DNA of 64,000 nucleotides, from contig CBDFJG010000004.1 in NCBI GenBank assembly GCA_965248445.1, forward strand, positions 1,504,001 to 1,568,000, in the 5' to 3' direction. The DNA is from Planctomycetota bacterium. GTDB lineage: Bacteria > Planctomycetota > JAJSAM01 > JAJVHW01. The notes beneath the pieces were generated by a model, which worked only from the letters and a program-made list of their open reading frames with translations, did no database searches and was not told where the DNA came from. Positions 39,385-48,549 of this stretch are shown piece by piece. Within the stretch, counting starts at the first letter, position 1; every line of letters starts with the position of its first letter. The translations under genes were made by a program, and so were the position numbers.

Positions 39385-39972
39385 TTACTCGGTCGCGAAG
39401 GGTGCCTCGGCCCGCTCGGGAGCAAGGCCCTTGTCCCTCAGCGAGAAGTACAGCTTGTGCTTTGCGCGACGCAGACAGTTCTGCACCGTGCGCGGCGTCA
39501 GCCCGAGCACTTCCGCGATCTCTTTGAACGTCATCCCGTGGTACTGGCGCAGCAGTACGACCGTGCGCTCGCGATCCGGCAACTCGTCGATGAGCCGCCG
39601 TATCGTGGCACCGGTGTCCTGCTCCTCGACCTGAGCGGTGGCGTCCGGCATCGAGGAGGCGAGAGTCGCGCTCCACGTGCTGCCGTCCCGTTCACCGGTC
39701 TGTGTGACCGGCACGTCGAGGGATGCCATCGCCCGGTACTTCCGGGCACGCAAGTGGTCGTAGGCAAGGTTCGTGCAGATCCGGTACAGCCAGGTGCTGA
39801 CCTTGCCGCCCCGCTTGAATGTCTCGGCCCGCGCGTACGCCCGGACGAAGGTCTCCTGAAGGATGTCCTCCGCCCATTGGCGATCCCCGACCAGCCGATA
39901 CGCCAGGTTGTAGAGGCGCTTGGAGTTCGCCTCGTAGATCTGGCGGAGGTCGTCCGGGTTGCGTAGGTCCAT
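39385..39972 (-). CDS. ECF RNA polymerase sigma factor
   Basis: AEDILQETFVRAY, WLYRI..N, MTFKEIAEVLG...TV. Confidence 0.92.
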   Translation of the reverse strand: MDLRNPDDLRQIYEANSKRLYNLAYRLVGDRQWAEDILQETFVRAYARAETFKRGGKVSTWLYRICTNLAYDHLRARKYRAMASLDVPVTQTGERDGSTWSATLASSMPDATAQVEEQDTGATIRRLIDELPDRERTVVLLRQYHGMTFKEIAEVLGLTPRTVQNCLRRAKHKLYFSLRDKGLAPERAEAPFATE

Positions 39973-40185
39973 AGTTCGATTCGGGGTCCCCGGGAGTGCA
40001 GACCCCCGGTCACGGGATGGGACGGACAACCTGCCCTCCGGGTGAAGCCGATTAGCCTCTTTTTCGCCCAGAAACGGCCGACTGACCACTCCTTGGACAC
40101 TTCTGCGGCCGGAGTGGTTCCGGGAACGCGATCCGCGGCAGCCGCGTGCGCCGCGAATTCGAGCCTGAGAGGGTACGCTCCACCG

Positions 40186-41556
40186 GTGCCTCGCCGTGCC
40201 GCCCTCGCCGTTCTCCGGTCCGTCGACCGAGGCGGCGGTCTGGCCCGAGAATCTCTCGAAAAGGAGGCCGCCCGGTTGTCGTCGCGAGACCGGGATCTCG
40301 CCAGCGAGCTGACGTTCGGGACGATCCGCCGCCAGGAGACCCTCGACCACCTGCTCTCCCGGCACCTCCGCAAGCCGATCGGCAAGGCCCACGGGGCCGA
40401 CCGCGCCGCGCTGCGTCTGGGGGCGTATCAACTCGTCTGCCTGTCCCGCATTCCGCAGCCGGCCGCGGTGCACTCGACGGTGCAGGCGGTCAAGGCCGCC
40501 GGCCGTCCGGGCAGCTTCGTGAATGCCGTGCTGCGCAAGCTTGCGGGTGAGATCGACGGTCGGGGATTGACCGGTTGCGAAGACCGCGACCCGCGCCAGG
40601 TGGTCCCGCTCGAGGGCGCTACCGCGACGCTGTTTCGCGTGCCGGTGCTGCCGCCGCCCGAGGACCTCACCGCGCATCTGGCTGCTGCGTACTCCCACCC
40701 GCCCTGGTTGGTGGACCGCTTTCGGGCGGAGCACGGCGACGACGCGGCGCTCTCGATTCTGCGTGCTGGGGTCACGCGGCCGCCGCTCTCGCTGCGCCCA
40801 GCGCCGCAGCACGCCGACCAACTGCGTGCGGCGCTCACCGAGGCGGGTCACGAAGTCGAGGACGAGGGGCGCTGCCTGTTGCTTCGCGGTGCGGGCCGCG
40901 TAACGGCGTTGCCTGGTTTCGACGAGCGCTGGTTCGCGGTGCAGGATGCGACGGCGGCGGAGGTCGTCGAGGCACTCGATCCCGCACCGGGCGCGGCCAT
41001 CCTCGAACTCTGTGCAGCGCCGGGTGGCAAGACCGTCGAGTTGGCGCAACGTGTCGGGCCGGGCGGTGCAGTGCTCGCCGTCGATCTCCCCGGACCCCGG
41101 ACCGAGATGCTGCGGCGCGAGATCGCGCGCCGCGAACTGGGCAACGTGGCGGTGCTCGCAGCGGACGCCGCGGATCCGGACGTACTGCCGCGCCGCGCAG
41201 CGGGCCGCTCGACCAACGGATTTGACGCGGTGCTGATCGACGTGCCCTGCTCGAACACCGGGGTGTTCGCCCGCCGTGTCGAGGCGCGCCGCCGCCTCGA
41301 GGGGCCGGACCGCATCACGATGCTCGCCGAGCAGGCGGCGCATCTTCTGCTGGTCGGCGCGTCCCGCGTGGCTCACGGCGGCAAGCTGGCCTACGCCACG
41401 TGCTCCATCGATCGCGAGGAGAACCGTGCGGTGGTCGACACGCTCCTCACTGAGGACCGCGCGTTCCGACTGGTTCTCGAGAAGATGGTGCTGCCCTCCG
41501 CGGGCCGCCGTAGCGGCGGCTACGTCGCGATCCTCCAGCGTACGAACGCGCAATAG
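40186..41556 (+). CDS. rsmB: 16S rRNA m5C methyltransferase RsmB/Sun (NusB-like N-terminus)
   Basis: LRLGAYQL, FVNAVLR, CAAPGGKT, DVPCS, YATCS. Start codon uncertain. Confidence 0.85.
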   Translation: MPRRAALAVLRSVDRGGGLARESLEKEAARLSSRDRDLASELTFGTIRRQETLDHLLSRHLRKPIGKAHGADRAALRLGAYQLVCLSRIPQPAAVHSTVQAVKAAGRPGSFVNAVLRKLAGEIDGRGLTGCEDRDPRQVVPLEGATATLFRVPVLPPPEDLTAHLAAAYSHPPWLVDRFRAEHGDDAALSILRAGVTRPPLSLRPAPQHADQLRAALTEAGHEVEDEGRCLLLRGAGRVTALPGFDERWFAVQDATAAEVVEALDPAPGAAILELCAAPGGKTVELAQRVGPGGAVLAVDLPGPRTEMLRREIARRELGNVAVLAADAADPDVLPRRAAGRSTNGFDAVLIDVPCSNTGVFARRVEARRRLEGPDRITMLAEQAAHLLLVGASRVAHGGKLAYATCSIDREENRAVVDTLLTEDRAFRLVLEKMVLPSAGRRSGGYVAILQRTNAQ

Positions 41557-41613
41557 CCGCACGTCCGCTCGAGCCCGGTTCGGGGTCGCACCCTCGCTCC
41601 ACAATGGCCGATC

Positions 41614-42750
41614 GTGGCGGAGACTGCGCACGCCCCTCCGACGATGGAAGTCGTCCCCGACGGGGACGGCGCCGGCGTGGGGTACGTCGTGCGATTCGGC
41701 GGCCCGCTGACGCTGGCGACGACGGCTGACCTGTGGTCGCGCGCGGCCGGGATCGCGCCGCCGGCCGGGGCCGTGCGCGTTGACGTCTCGGGCGTGCCGC
41801 AGGTCGATAGCGCGGGCGCGGCACTCTTGCTGCACGTTGCCGGGCGGCTGGGCGATGCGCCCATCGAGTCCGCGAGCGCCCAGGTCCAGGGCATGCTCGA
41901 CGTGCTCGGCAAGCCCGGCAACGAGCCGGACACCGAAGCGCGCGGGCGCCCGCGTGTCGGTCTGATCTACGCGCTCGGTCAGTTCTCGGTGCGCGGCCTC
42001 AACCGCGTGCGCGAGACGGTCGAGTACGCGGGTGCGCTAACCGCCGGTTTGCTGCAGACGCTGATCCACCCGCGGTCGGTCCGCTGGAAGGACGTCGGGG
42101 GATACGTCGCGCGTTCCGGTGCCGAGGCAGTCGGCATCGTCAGCCTGATCGGCCTGCTCATGGGGATGATCCTCGCGTTCCAGATGGCGGCGCAGATGCG
42201 TCAGTACGGCGCCGATCTCTACGTCGCGGACATCGTGGCGCTGTCCCTGGTCCGGGAACTCGGGCCGCTGATGACCGCGATCATCCTGGCGGGGCGCTCT
42301 GGTTCCGCGTTCGCGGCGGAGATCGGCACGATGACCGTCAACGAGGAAGTCGCCGCCCTCGACACGATGGGGCTCGAGCGCATCCGGTTCCTCGTGCTCC
42401 CGAAGGTGATCGCGCTCTTGCTCGTGATGCCGCTGCTCGTCACGTACGCCGACTGCGCGGGCATCGTGGGCGGATTCACGGTCGCAGCTTCGTTCCTCGA
42501 TCAGCCGGTGGGCGTGTACTTCGAGCACACGATCGACCGCCTCGCGCTGCGCGACATCATCGAGGGCCTCGTGAAGGGCCTTTCGTACGCGATGGTGATC
42601 GCGTCGGTGGGCTGCCTGCGGGGCGTGCAGACGCAGAAGGGCGCCCAGGGCGTCGGCCAGTCGGCCACGTCGGCGGTCGTCACCGCCATCTTCCTGGTCA
42701 TCGTGGTCGACGCGCTCCTCACCGGACTGTTCTTCCTGCTGACTTCATGA
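41614..42750 (+). CDS. mlaE: STAS-fused MlaE ABC permease
   Basis: VDSAG STAS motif, RELGPLMTAI..AGRSGS..AAEIGTM...EE. Confidence 0.9.
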   Translation: MAETAHAPPTMEVVPDGDGAGVGYVVRFGGPLTLATTADLWSRAAGIAPPAGAVRVDVSGVPQVDSAGAALLLHVAGRLGDAPIESASAQVQGMLDVLGKPGNEPDTEARGRPRVGLIYALGQFSVRGLNRVRETVEYAGALTAGLLQTLIHPRSVRWKDVGGYVARSGAEAVGIVSLIGLLMGMILAFQMAAQMRQYGADLYVADIVALSLVRELGPLMTAIILAGRSGSAFAAEIGTMTVNEEVAALDTMGLERIRFLVLPKVIALLLVMPLLVTYADCAGIVGGFTVAASFLDQPVGVYFEHTIDRLALRDIIEGLVKGLSYAMVIASVGCLRGVQTQKGAQGVGQSATSAVVTAIFLVIVVDALLTGLFFLLTS

Positions 42751-43568
42751 GCCAAGTCGGCAGCCCGCTGAGGATCTCGAACGGGGCGACCCCGCTCATC
42801 TCCGTGCGCGGGGTGCGCTGTGCGTATGGCGAGACCGAGATCCTGAAGGACGTGTCGTTCGACGTGTCGCCCGGCGAGATCGTGGTCGTGCTCGGCGGCT
42901 CGGGCTGCGGCAAGTCCACGCTCCTGCGTCACCTCATCGGTCTGCACGACCCGACGCACGGGGAGATCGTGATCGACGGGGTGGACCTGGTGGCGACGAC
43001 GGGGGTGGACCGAATGGCGCTGCTGCGCCGCTTCGGCGTGACGTTCCAGAGCGGCGCGCTCTTCAGCGCCATGACGCTCATCGAGAACGTGAGCCTCCCG
43101 CTCGAAGAGTTCACGGAACTGCCGCCCGCGGCGATCCGCGAGATCTCCGAGCGCAAGCTCGCCGTCGTCGGCCTCGACGGCTACGGCGAGCACTACCCCG
43201 ACGAGATCTCGGGCGGCATGCAGAAGCGCGCCGGCGTGGCGCGGGCGCTGGCCCTCGACCCGCCGCTGCTGTTCTGCGACGAGCCCTCGGCCGGGCTCGA
43301 CCCGATCAGCGGTGCAGCGCTCGATCAGCTCCTGCTCGACCTGCGGGACGCCCTCGGGACGACGATGCTGATCGTGACGCACGAGCTCGCGAGCATTTAC
43401 GCCGTCGCCGATCGATGCATCATGTTGGACAAGGCGCGGCGCACGATCGTCGCGTCGGGCCCGCCCGAGGAACTGCGCGACACGAGCGACGACCCGTACG
43501 TGCTGGCGTTCTTCAGGCGGGAGGCCGTCGCCACGGCTGCCGGCGGCGGAGAGGGAGGGGCAGCGTGA
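42747..43568 (+). CDS. mlaF: MlaF-type ABC ATPase
   Basis: GGSGCGKS, FQSGALF, ISGGM.KR, DEPSAGLDP. Confidence 0.92.
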   Translation: MSQVGSPLRISNGATPLISVRGVRCAYGETEILKDVSFDVSPGEIVVVLGGSGCGKSTLLRHLIGLHDPTHGEIVIDGVDLVATTGVDRMALLRRFGVTFQSGALFSAMTLIENVSLPLEEFTELPPAAIREISERKLAVVGLDGYGEHYPDEISGGMQKRAGVARALALDPPLLFCDEPSAGLDPISGAALDQLLLDLRDALGTTMLIVTHELASIYAVADRCIMLDKARRTIVASGPPEELRDTSDDPYVLAFFRREAVATAAGGGEGGAA

Positions 43569-44746
43569 GACGCGATCCGCGTACGTTCAAGATCGGGGTG
43601 TTCGCCTTCTTCGGCATCCTGTTGCTGCTCGTCGGCATCGTGACCATCGGCGCCGGCCGGTACTGGCTGCAGGAGGGCCGGACGGTCTACTGCTACTTCA
43701 CCGAGTCCGTCTCGGGTGTCGCCGTGGGAAGTCCTCTCAAGCTGCAGGGCGTCGAGGTAGGCCAGGTCAGTGACGTCGTGCTGCTTCCGCCGCGGAAGGT
43801 GCGGCGCCTGAAGCGCGGGGTCGGCAGCTGGGACTCCGTGATTGAAGTCAAGTGCACTGTCTACCCGGAGGCGATCGGCGCCGAGACCGGGCTCGTCATG
43901 TCGCAGGATGAGCTCTCGCAGTGGGTCGGCGAGCAGGTCTCTCGGGGCATGCGCGTCTCGATCAAGTGGAAGGACATCACCGGTCAGAAGTACCTGAGCC
44001 TCGACCACTACCGCATCAGCGACCACCCGATCCCCGACATCGAGGGGACGAACACCCCGTACATCCCGACGGCGGTCGAGGCCTCGTTCAGCGACATCCA
44101 GCGCGACCTCGCCACGACGCTATCGAAGCTCGCGAGCGTGGACTTCGAGCAGATGTCCCGGCGCGTCCTCGATGTGCTGGATCTCGTCGCGCTGCGCGTC
44201 GAGGCGCTCGACACGCAGTCGTTGCAGGGGCACGCCGAGGAGACGCTCCTCGCGGTCCGAGAACTCGCGGAGGATCCTGCGTTGCGCCGCCTGATCGACC
44301 GGTTGGACGAGATCTCCGGCTCGATGACGACGTCCACCAAGCGCGTCGAAGAGTTGCTGGCGAATGGCCAGATCGACTCCGGTATCGAGGACTTCGGCGC
44401 GGCGGCGGCTTCGATTCGCCGCACCGTCGAGGGTCTCGAGCGTGACATCCCGCAGCTCATGGACAAGGTGGACCAGATCGCCGTGCGCGCCGAGGAGCAG
44501 GTGGTCGCAGCCGACGTCAGCGGCACGACGGCATCGATCCAGAATGCCGCGGACAAGTTCGGCGGCGCCGCCGACAAGGTCGGCGCGGCCATGCGAGACG
44601 TATCGGCGATGCGCGAGGAGATGCGCCGCCTCATGCGCTCGGTTTCGGACACGAGCAAGTCGCTGGCGCGGCTCGCCCGGTCTCTCGAAGAGCAGCCCGG
44701 ATCGCTTCTCGCGGGCAAGCGCGTCTCGGGCGAGGCTTCGGAGTGA
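43565..44746 (+). CDS. MCE/MlaD-family protein
   Basis: TM helix, SVSG..VGSP....GVEVG.V MCE motif, long helical tail. Confidence 0.88.
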   Translation: MRRDPRTFKIGVFAFFGILLLLVGIVTIGAGRYWLQEGRTVYCYFTESVSGVAVGSPLKLQGVEVGQVSDVVLLPPRKVRRLKRGVGSWDSVIEVKCTVYPEAIGAETGLVMSQDELSQWVGEQVSRGMRVSIKWKDITGQKYLSLDHYRISDHPIPDIEGTNTPYIPTAVEASFSDIQRDLATTLSKLASVDFEQMSRRVLDVLDLVALRVEALDTQSLQGHAEETLLAVRELAEDPALRRLIDRLDEISGSMTTSTKRVEELLANGQIDSGIEDFGAAAASIRRTVEGLERDIPQLMDKVDQIAVRAEEQVVAADVSGTTASIQNAADKFGGAADKVGAAMRDVSAMREEMRRLMRSVSDTSKSLARLARSLEEQPGSLLAGKRVSGEASE

Positions 44747-45342
44747 TGCGCCCCACTCTTCGGCCCGTGCTCCTGCCCGCTCTTGCCGTGTCGATTCTCG
44801 CGGGTTGCCTCTCGCTCGGAGGGGAGCCCGTGGTGATCCATCGCCACGCTCTCGACCCGATCCCCGCCGTCATCCCGGAGCCGCTGAGCGGGCCGGTGCT
44901 CGCGCTGCGAGCTCTCGACGCTCTGGCGCGCTACGAACAGCGCGTCGTGTTGCGCAGGGCGGACGGCCGGATCGTGTTCCTGGAGACCGAGCGTTGGGTC
45001 GAGGATCCCGCCGATGCCGTGCGGATCGCCCTGCGCGAGCGCCTGCTCATGAGCGGCCGGTTCCGTTCCGTCATCGACGCGGCGGCGGCGTTCGAGTCGG
45101 ACTACACCGTCGAGGGAACCCTGCTTGTCTGCGATCTGGTGGAGGGCGCCGACGGCTCGCGCTCCGCACGACTCGGGTTCCGGCTGCTTCTCGCGGAGAC
45201 CCTGAGCGGCCGTGTGGTCCACGACGGAGCGCACATCGCCGAGGTCGAATTGTCGGGCGACGGGAACGACGGCCTGGGCCCTGCCATGACCGAAGCGCTC
45301 GGCGAGGCGGCGGCCGCGGCCGTCAACGCCTGGCCCCTCTGA
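44746..45342 (+). CDS. PqiC-like ABC auxiliary lipoprotein
   Basis: Lipobox LAGC and RW.E.P motif; last gene of the MCE operon. Confidence 0.8.
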   Translation: MRPTLRPVLLPALAVSILAGCLSLGGEPVVIHRHALDPIPAVIPEPLSGPVLALRALDALARYEQRVVLRRADGRIVFLETERWVEDPADAVRIALRERLLMSGRFRSVIDAAAAFESDYTVEGTLLVCDLVEGADGSRSARLGFRLLLAETLSGRVVHDGAHIAEVELSGDGNDGLGPAMTEALGEAAAAAVNAWPL

Positions 45343-45398
45343 CGGAAGCCGCTATCCTCGCGGCCCCCGTTTGCCGGAGACCGCATCAGGAGAGACTC

Positions 45399-45839
45399 AT
45401 GACTTCGCGCCTCGTTGCTCTCGCCCTCATCGCCGCCCTTGCCACAGCCGCCGGATGCGATTCCGGCTCCTTGGCGCCCGCGCCGGCCCCTGCACCGGTT
45501 GCTCCGGCGCCGGCCGGCGTTCAGCCGCTCTCCGCCGCGACGCAGCAGCGTGCCGCGACCGCGATGAAGAAGGCCAAGGCGTTCGCGGACCAGGCGTACG
45601 TGCACCTCGACAAGGGCAAGCAAGTCGAGCAGGCCGAGAGCTTCAATGCGGCGATTCCGCACTATCAAGAGGCGAAGCCGCTCCTCAAGAAGGCGCTCCA
45701 GGAGATCGAGTACTTCATCGAGCCGGACCTCGAGGTCGTGACCGCCGAGCAGATCAGGGCGTTTTGCGGCGAGTACACGCGGGCCACGCGCAAGTGGCAG
45801 CAGGCGATCGCGGGCATGGGCAAGGTCCCGCCGAAGTAG
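45399..45839 (+). CDS. Hypothetical lipoprotein
   Basis: AGGAG RBS, AAGC lipobox, Pro/Ala linker, helical domain. Confidence 0.7.
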   Translation: MTSRLVALALIAALATAAGCDSGSLAPAPAPAPVAPAPAGVQPLSAATQQRAATAMKKAKAFADQAYVHLDKGKQVEQAESFNAAIPHYQEAKPLLKKALQEIEYFIEPDLEVVTAEQIRAFCGEYTRATRKWQQAIAGMGKVPPK

Positions 45840-45853
45840 CGCGGGTCGGCGGG

Positions 45854-46933
45854 TCAGCCTGCGCTGCGTATCACGACGGTGAGTGCGGCGAGCATCTCGT
45901 CCGTCTCGGTCACGGTGAGATCGCCCAGGTGCCCGATCCGGAACGTCGCCGACTTCAGCGCGCCGTAGCCCGCGGCCAGCCGGAAGCCCCCCCGCTCCAT
46001 CTCGACGAGGACGCGCGGGATGTCGAGTCCCCGCGTGTTCTCGAGCGCGGTCACGCTGGGGCTGCGCGCCCCCTCGCGGGCCAGGATGCCCAGGTGCTCC
46101 TCCGCGAACGCATGCACGCGGGCCGCCATCTCGGCGTGGCGCGCGGCCCGTGCCGCGATCCCCTCGTCGAGGATCCGCGCCAGCTGCAGGTCGAGGGCGT
46201 GGAAGAGCGGCGTGTTGGGTGTGTGCGGCGTGTCGCCCTTCCCGTGCCGCTCGAGGAGCGACGCCAGCCGGAGGGCGAACCCGTCCTGCTCGGCCGACTG
46301 CGCGCGCTCGGCGATCCCCTCTCCGACGGCGATCACGGCCATTCCGGGCGGGCAGGCGAGTGCCTTGCCGGTAACCGTCACGAGCGCTGCCTGCGGCCCC
46401 AGGAGGTCGAAATCGAGATCGACGGCACCGATCGACGACACCGCGTCCACGATCAGCGAGGTCCCCGGCCGGGCCCGGACGACCTCGGCGATCCCCACGA
46501 CGTCCGCGAGGGCGCCTGTCGAGGTCTCGGAGTGGACGACGGTCACGGTGTCGAACGCCTTGCTCGCGAGCGCCCGCTCGACAGCTCCCGGCTCGACCAC
46601 GTCGCCCGGCGGGACCGTCAGCGCCTCGACGTCGAGGCCGAGCGCCGCCGCCATCCTCGCCCAGCGGTCCGCGAACGCCCCGCCCACGAGACAGAGGACC
46701 TCCTTCTTCGCCACCGCGCGCAGCACGGACTCGAGTGCCGTGGTCCCTGAAGAGAGCACGGGGATGACCGGCTGCTCCGTGCGCAGGAGTGCGCCGAGAC
46801 CCGACTGGACCCGCCGCACGACCGCGCGGAACGCCTCCGAACGGTGGGGTTCGGGCTGGCACGCCATCGCCTGACGCACGATGGGCCGAACGTGGGCCGG
46901 CCCCGGGACGAACGAGAGCATCTCCGGCGGCAT
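45854..46933 (-). CDS. Class V PLP aminotransferase (serine-pyruvate / alanine-glyoxylate type)
   Basis: PGP, HRS, VHSETSTG, VDAVSS, GKAL..PPG, FRIGHLG. Confidence 0.9.
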   Translation of the reverse strand: MPPEMLSFVPGPAHVRPIVRQAMACQPEPHRSEAFRAVVRRVQSGLGALLRTEQPVIPVLSSGTTALESVLRAVAKKEVLCLVGGAFADRWARMAAALGLDVEALTVPPGDVVEPGAVERALASKAFDTVTVVHSETSTGALADVVGIAEVVRARPGTSLIVDAVSSIGAVDLDFDLLGPQAALVTVTGKALACPPGMAVIAVGEGIAERAQSAEQDGFALRLASLLERHGKGDTPHTPNTPLFHALDLQLARILDEGIAARAARHAEMAARVHAFAEEHLGILAREGARSPSVTALENTRGLDIPRVLVEMERGGFRLAAGYGALKSATFRIGHLGDLTVTETDEMLAALTVVIRSAG

Positions 46934-46985
46934 GCGGCCAGGGTAGCCGCGCAGCCGAGCGGTGCGGATAGCATCCGCGGCGCTC

Positions 46986-47831
46986 ATGTCCGCACTGCGA
47001 CTCGCCTACAACACGAACGGACTCGCCCACCACCGCCTGTCCGACGCGATCGACCTACTGGCGGACCTCGGATACGACGGGCTGGCGCTGACCCCGGACG
47101 TCCCGCACCTGGATCCGCGCCATGCCACCGTCCACGAGGTCGGCCGCGTCGCGGCGCATCTGGCCCAGCGCGGACTCGACGTCGTCATCCAGACGGGTGC
47201 GCGATTCGTTCTGGACCCGCGCCGCAAGCACCAGCCGACGCTGTTGGATCCCGATGAGCGCGCCCGCGCGCGTCGGATCGCGTTCCTCGAGCGTTGCCTC
47301 GACATCGGTGCGGACCTCGGGGCGCGCGTGATGGCGTTTTGGTCCGGGAGCCCCGCTGCGTCCGCGGCGTCCGAGAAACGAGACGTGCTGGACGCACGGT
47401 TGGTGGACGGCTGCCGCCGCGTCGCCGACCTGGCCGCCGCGCGCGGCATGCTCGCGGCGTTCGAACCGGAGCCGGGGATGCACGTCCAGATGGTCGCGGA
47501 CTGGGAAGCGCTGCGGGAACGCGCGGCACATCCGGCGCTGCAACTCGCCCTCGACGTCGGACACGTGCATTGCAACGCGGAGGGAGACCCCCCGGGAATC
47601 GTGCGCCGCCACGCGCACGAACTCGCCGACGTGCAACTCGAAGACATGCGCGTCGGCGCGCACGTGCACTTGCCGTTCGGTGAGGGAACGCTCGACGTGC
47701 CGCCGGTGCTGGCGGCGCTGATCGACGTCGGCTTCGACGGTCTGGTCGGGGTGGAACTCTCACGCGACTCGCATCGAGCCGCAGACATCGCAGCGGCGTC
47801 GATCGCCTACTTGCGGGCGCACGGCGCCTGA
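46986..47831 (+). CDS. Sugar phosphate isomerase/epimerase (xylose-isomerase-like TIM barrel)
   Basis: EPEPG, LDVGH, EDM...H.HL.FGEG, VELSR. Confidence 0.85.
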   Translation: MSALRLAYNTNGLAHHRLSDAIDLLADLGYDGLALTPDVPHLDPRHATVHEVGRVAAHLAQRGLDVVIQTGARFVLDPRRKHQPTLLDPDERARARRIAFLERCLDIGADLGARVMAFWSGSPAASAASEKRDVLDARLVDGCRRVADLAAARGMLAAFEPEPGMHVQMVADWEALRERAAHPALQLALDVGHVHCNAEGDPPGIVRRHAHELADVQLEDMRVGAHVHLPFGEGTLDVPPVLAALIDVGFDGLVGVELSRDSHRAADIAAASIAYLRAHGA

Positions 47832-48213
47832 GCCGACTCGCCCTTCACTTAAATTCCGACGGCGGATTGAACTGCCCCCCTGAGTGCCGCGGGGACCGGC
47901 GCTGGCACCGCCCCGGATGGGTTCGCGAGTGTCGAAATCCGACACGCCCGCAGGGCCACGGCGAGGAGGCCCGTTGTGACGAATCGCCGCGAATCGGGCG
48001 AAAAACAGCGAAAAACACCCCATTTCCACCCGATTCGGAGGGTAACCCCCTTGTGCGACCGGGCGACACTAGTTAAGAATCCGCCATGTAAGGCCCCGTC
48101 CCGGGTCCGGGCGGCCGGCGGTGGTGATCCACCGAGACATCGGCCGCGCGAGTCGGACGAGAGTTACGGAGCGAGGCCTGTTGGCAGGAGTTGGTCAGGG
48201 AGACACACGGCTG

Positions 48214-48495
48214 ATGGAGTACTACATCCTCTGCCCGCAGCGCGCGACTGAGGTCCCGGGCCTTATCACGCACCTGATCTCCCGCGACATCTGCGAGCGT
48301 CGCCAGTCCGAGAACTACCACAAGTGCCCGGGCTGCATCCGGTCGCGCATCTGGCGCGAACAGCGCGGACACCCTGAGGTCGCCGCGCTCAACGGGAGCG
48401 CCCAGACCGGAAGCGCAAAGAACGGCACTGCCCAGACGACCAAGGCAAAGAACGGGAGCGCGAAGCCGGCCGCATCCCGCCCGAAGCCTGCCTAG
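48214..48495 (+). CDS. Small Cys/His-containing protein with a basic repetitive tail
   Basis: GGAG RBS, host-like codons, C..C..HKCPGC, three 10-aa repeats. Confidence 0.7.
   Translation: MEYYILCPQRATEVPGLITHLISRDICERRQSENYHKCPGCIRSRIWREQRGHPEVAALNGSAQTGSAKNGTAQTTKAKNGSAKPAASRPKPA
48391..48480 (+). repeat. Three imperfect 30-bp coding tandem repeats
   Basis: Units encode NGSAQTGSAK / NGTAQTTKAK / NGSAKPAASR. Confidence 0.7.
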
Positions 48496-48549
48496 CGCGC
48501 GTACGGGCGGGTTGCTCGCCGCGCCCTGCACGATGCCCGCCCCCCGCCG

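Noticed and set aside
41614..45342. MCE operon as a novel transporter
   Set aside because: STAS-MlaE, MlaF, MCE and PqiC-like is a well-known arrangement.
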